A stretch of DNA of 64,000 nt from Iphione sp. A-MEVVRFRX5 (taxonomy: Eukaryota), in NCBI GenBank assembly GCA_976226885.1, contig OZ320316.1:84816001-84880000 (forward strand). The letters are read 5' to 3'. Below, one piece after another: positions 59,791 through 64,000 of the stretch. The notes under the pieces were generated by a model, which saw only the letters and a list, made by a program, of their open reading frames with translations, made no database searches and was not told the DNA's origin. Positions within the stretch are counted from its first letter, which is position 1, and every line of letters begins with the position of its first letter. The translations under genes and the position numbers were made by a program.

Positions 59791-62700
59791 TACATGTACA
59801 AACAAGCTCAGAGGCAGACCATCAAGAATAACACCATTCATCACTCAACGCCATTTTAGGACTTGGCAAGTAAAGAGGGATAGGCCAACCCCCTTATCGT
59901 CTCCTGAAACTCTCCGTGTCTGCCTGTGTCAAATCCTACATTTCCGATTTAAAAGACCTCTCGCCAGGAGAACATGTCTGGTTCCCACCTGTGACCGGGG
60001 AAATACAAAATGCTTCTCAGTGGAGTCTTGAGAGAAGCTATGGAGAACAATACCCGCTTTATGGATGCCACTTTCTTCATGGACGTTGCATCTGTTTTTT
60101 GGCCCCTAATACTCAAAACGGTATACGCCCTCGGTGCAGCCCATAAAGTCAGTCGTCTCGGCGGCATGCGACCGAATTCCGTTCACGTTATTTCCGGCTG
60201 CGCTGAACTCTTAGATATGGCGCCTACAGCATGGGTGCCACAGCCCACAGGAAAGGTGAACGATATGCAGAATAAGCAGTAGGTATGCATGGATGGGGCA
60301 TATTGGCCACAGAGGTCATAGCCTCTGGACAATTGCTTTTCTTTTCACAACAGGCAAGTACAACGGAGGCAAAATTATGAACAGTGGCAGGTTCTAGGTT
60401 CCAGGCTATCGTTAGAAGAGATATCCACCACCACTAATTATATTATAATAAGCGTACCGACTGAACACTGATAAGTAAACCGTCGAGCAAAGGAGCACAA
60501 GTTCAGATAGATGAAACAAACCCAAACCATTTGGATATTAATAGACTCGTTGCTATCGTTTCCAATTCGTACAGGTTTTTTTTAGTTAACCAACTGTACG
60601 TATGATTTCAATCAATACCTTTGTCTGCATGCAGGGCGCTTTTGCAATGAAAATAGGAGGGAGAGACCCATTAACGTCTCAAGCAGTGCCACATGTACAA
60701 GGGGGGAAGTGTATGACAAAGCCGGGCACCAGCTCAACGAGATGCACCCGCCTATATAGTGGGAGAAGCTACTGCGACACATGTGGCCGCCGACTGGATC
60801 CGGGATTGTTTTTTCATCGACGGTCATAGCATAGCGCCATGGCCTCCATCCCACGAACCCATCTTTACACCACAACACTTTCATAAACAGCGGCCATTCT
60901 TCCTTCCTCTAAATACACACCACTCCCCGACTCATGCTGGGGCCCTCAGATGGTCTCCTTCATACCATACTATGCGGAGCTCCCTAATGGCTGACTGGCG
61001 CCAAGCTGGGCTTCCGTTTTTTTGTTCTAAGATTGCTTGTCTCGGTTTTGCATCATACACGCCCAGAGAACCACGAATTTCGACCTTTTAGTGTTAATAA
61101 GTAGTCTCAACAGTATGCGACACACGTGCTCAGGAGAAGAACCAAACATCAACCAGAATAAATACGCAACGTTCTGCAGATCAAAAAGCGATGAGTCAGG
61201 CGTGGTATGAATATATTAATCCCAGAAATGGCATGACGAGCTTTTAAAAGCGGCGTGTCTTTTATGAATGACCGTACACACGTACAAAGGATGCGTGACC
61301 ACGTCCAGGAAAAAGAGATGAGCATTAATCAGCAATTTTTTCTCTTAGATGTGTTGCTGGCATGTGATAAAATTTAACAAATACCTCATTAATTCATTGA
61401 TCACTTTTCAAGTGATAGCCCCACTCACTGCAAAATGTCACAGGCACATGCTTCGGGCATAGACAAGCTACAAGTTGTCTAAGTTTCCTAAAGTCATGTT
61501 TGGTCTCTCTGAGCTCAAGAACTATTTAGTCAAAAGTGATCAAACTTGCAGAGAATTGTTATTAAAATGTTTTCGTTATAAATCCAAAACAATACGCTAT
61601 ATCTATATTATCATTGACTCCAACACTATACAGGTTTGTTTGCCTATGGTCGCAACACCATCACATATTAGGAAGCATACTCAGCTTGGCCAATCAAATA
61701 AATAGACGACTGCCTTTCCGTCATTATATGTTGTAAAGACTGCATTCAGTATCGATATATCATCCTGAAAAGTAAAGCAAGTAGGCAGGGTTTTGTCGAT
61801 GATGTCTACTATTCATGTGTTTTTGTGTGGGTGTGTGAACATATCTCGATGTTTTAGCTGCAGCACGATGCTAGGTGGTTCCGCTAACATAAGATAAAAG
61901 GCCTTATCGTCGAACGTACAAAATATCATCTAGTACTTTAGATCAATTTGCTACTAAGGAGCAGCTTGAACCAAACAGAGGTTATTTATCATTATCATTG
62001 GTATACATGTACACTGAATACTCTTTTCATTGCATGAGGAGGTGAAATAAACTGCTACCTTTTTTTCAACCAATACGCCATATCTGTCCGCGAACATACA
62101 CATAATATTTTGTGGCTTGACGTATTCTCTCAAATTTCAACCATGAGTCGCTATAGCCCACGGACAGAATATAATAGATTAAACAAGCACACTGATGGTT
62201 ACATGATGCTACATCTGACAGGATTCAATGTTGAGCATCAGGTGCGACGAGCCATATATCTGTATCAGTGACCTCGCCAGATCGGTTATTTCCATCAAAG
62301 CTTGGCGCTTTCAACATTTGGTTGGCGCTTGTGTACCCCCGACTACATCTGGTGTTATTTCCACGCACCTTTGTCAAAGCGCATGTGGAAAGACACACGG
62401 TAGGTCATCAACAACTGCGACACCTTACTTCTTGCACAAAGACCCTGTCTTGATGTGTTCCTTCCAATTATATTATTTATACCTTTCTTGAGACGAGTTA
62501 AAGATTCATCCACTTCGGTACAGGATACGAGTAAAACACTAGTTCACAATAGTGTGTTAGCTGAAACTAAAATATATTTCATTGATTAACACGCCAAATG
62601 TATTCGCTCCCATATTGGAAAAAAATACATGTAGTTTGGCGAAATGCTTAATCTTATTCTATTTCGTATAGATGCATTAAAAATGGTCTAGGATTTGACT

Positions 62701-64000
62701 TGTTTGGGGGGCGTCTTTCATTTGAAAGATTCCATACAAGTACATGCACATGTGTACATATTAGAGTCGGGGTATGCTTACAATGAATGCCATAAGATGG
62801 CAGCAAATATATCAGTGAGAAAGAAGTAATGTAGCATACTAAAATGTATATAAACATTCTTGTAACCGTGACAAAGGATCTTTTCTATGGCAAAGCAATG
62901 TCACAAATAACAGTTGATAGGAAACGTTTATCAGGAAGACGTTTGTCGATAACTACGGATCTATTGTTTATATGTTTGCACACAAGCATCATGCCTAGTA
63001 TCCATTATTCTGCTTGTATGCATTGAGATTACTCATTTTCGAATGTATAGCTTTCTTCTCTCCTTAAATTCACACACACGCCCACACACACATTCACAGA
63101 CACAGAGGCTTGTTTACACTCTGCCACACTGCCTGTAATCATTCTACACCCTCCTCTAATTCTTAAAGCTGCTGTGCACCTGTCCCCACCACCTGCACTC
63201 TACCTTGTCATCTGCAACCGCTGGAAGCAATGTGAGAAAGGAAACATGATCACTAACTGTTTCACCTCTTTTTAACACTTCAAATGAAACAGAAATATCC
63301 CGGTATGATGACTCTAGCTCATTTCATGCAATAGTTTGGAAGTTAATAACCACAAAATCCTGATGGAAGGTCGGATCGTCAAACAGCAATATTCGCATGG
63401 TCCGCCTTCATGCCTAGGGGGTGTCGGACGAGTAAACAATTATTCACATCATGGGTTTCACTTCCACTACCACTCCCAAAGACATTTCCAGCTACTCACC
63501 ATTCCACACACCCTATATTACAAGACCTTGCCTTCAAAGAACCTTTCCATAACCCTTTTAGCTGACAATGTGATTCCACTCCAGCCCAGACATACATCCT
63601 TTCTACAAAATTTAGATCAGTAAGGGTGTCGTTGTGTATACACATCTGTCACCAGCCCTGTGGATATGGCATGAAGGAAACACGTTAGAGATCATCATGA
63701 ATCTCAAGATCAACATCGGGGTGATAATTAGATCATACCTGACTGAAAGGTTTACTTTTGTTCCAAACTATATTATCATTCTTATCATCATTTTTCATTC
63801 ATTTTGATATGCAATAGATTCACACAATCCATTCTTCTCACAATATGTCTAGAAAACCAGTCATCAGGACTTATTTCAGGTTCTTGAGAGGGGTCTCAAA
63901 TTTTGTTCCACCCTGCGTGGGTCAGACATGATTTGGATGCCTTCCACTAAAAATGGCGACCTTCGCCTATGGCAAGAAAAACATATCTATTCCTCATCTC

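Noticed and set aside
1-64000. The remaining 60-150-aa ORFs in the track; prokaryotic operons, defence systems, rRNA
   Set aside because: No recognisable domains, many rely on GTG/TTG starts, and their lengths are consistent with chance. No rRNA or prokaryotic signals were seen.

Overview
This is eukaryotic (animal) genomic DNA, not prokaryotic. It most likely comes from a lophotrochozoan-type marine invertebrate, inferred from the protocadherin sequence, the splice signals and the repeat landscape; the species cannot be assigned from sequence alone. Only one protein-coding gene is supported: a minus-strand delta1-type protocadherin (signal peptide, 7 cadherin repeats, TM, start of the cytoplasmic tail) encoded by one large exon (ATG 16199 to splice donor 13452). 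It has a probable TATA/Inr promoter and non-coding first exon near 17.2-17.45 kb. Its downstream cytoplasmic exons were not identified in the window. The remaining ~60 kb is non-coding: GC/CpG-rich islands that look regulatory, a TA-flanked MITE carrying two minisatellites, a dispersed repeat family with a 41-bp unit, a decayed tRNA-derived SINE and microsatellites. Most short ORFs in the track are chance ORFs. I found no evidence of a wholly new coding system. The most unusual signals are the strong excess of the palindrome TACATGTA (possibly transposon excision footprints, with one internal test case), and regulatory features of the protocadherin: a spliced uORF, an intronic polyA isoform, an RVxF motif, an octamer cluster and candidate alternative 5' exons. 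All counts were made by eye.
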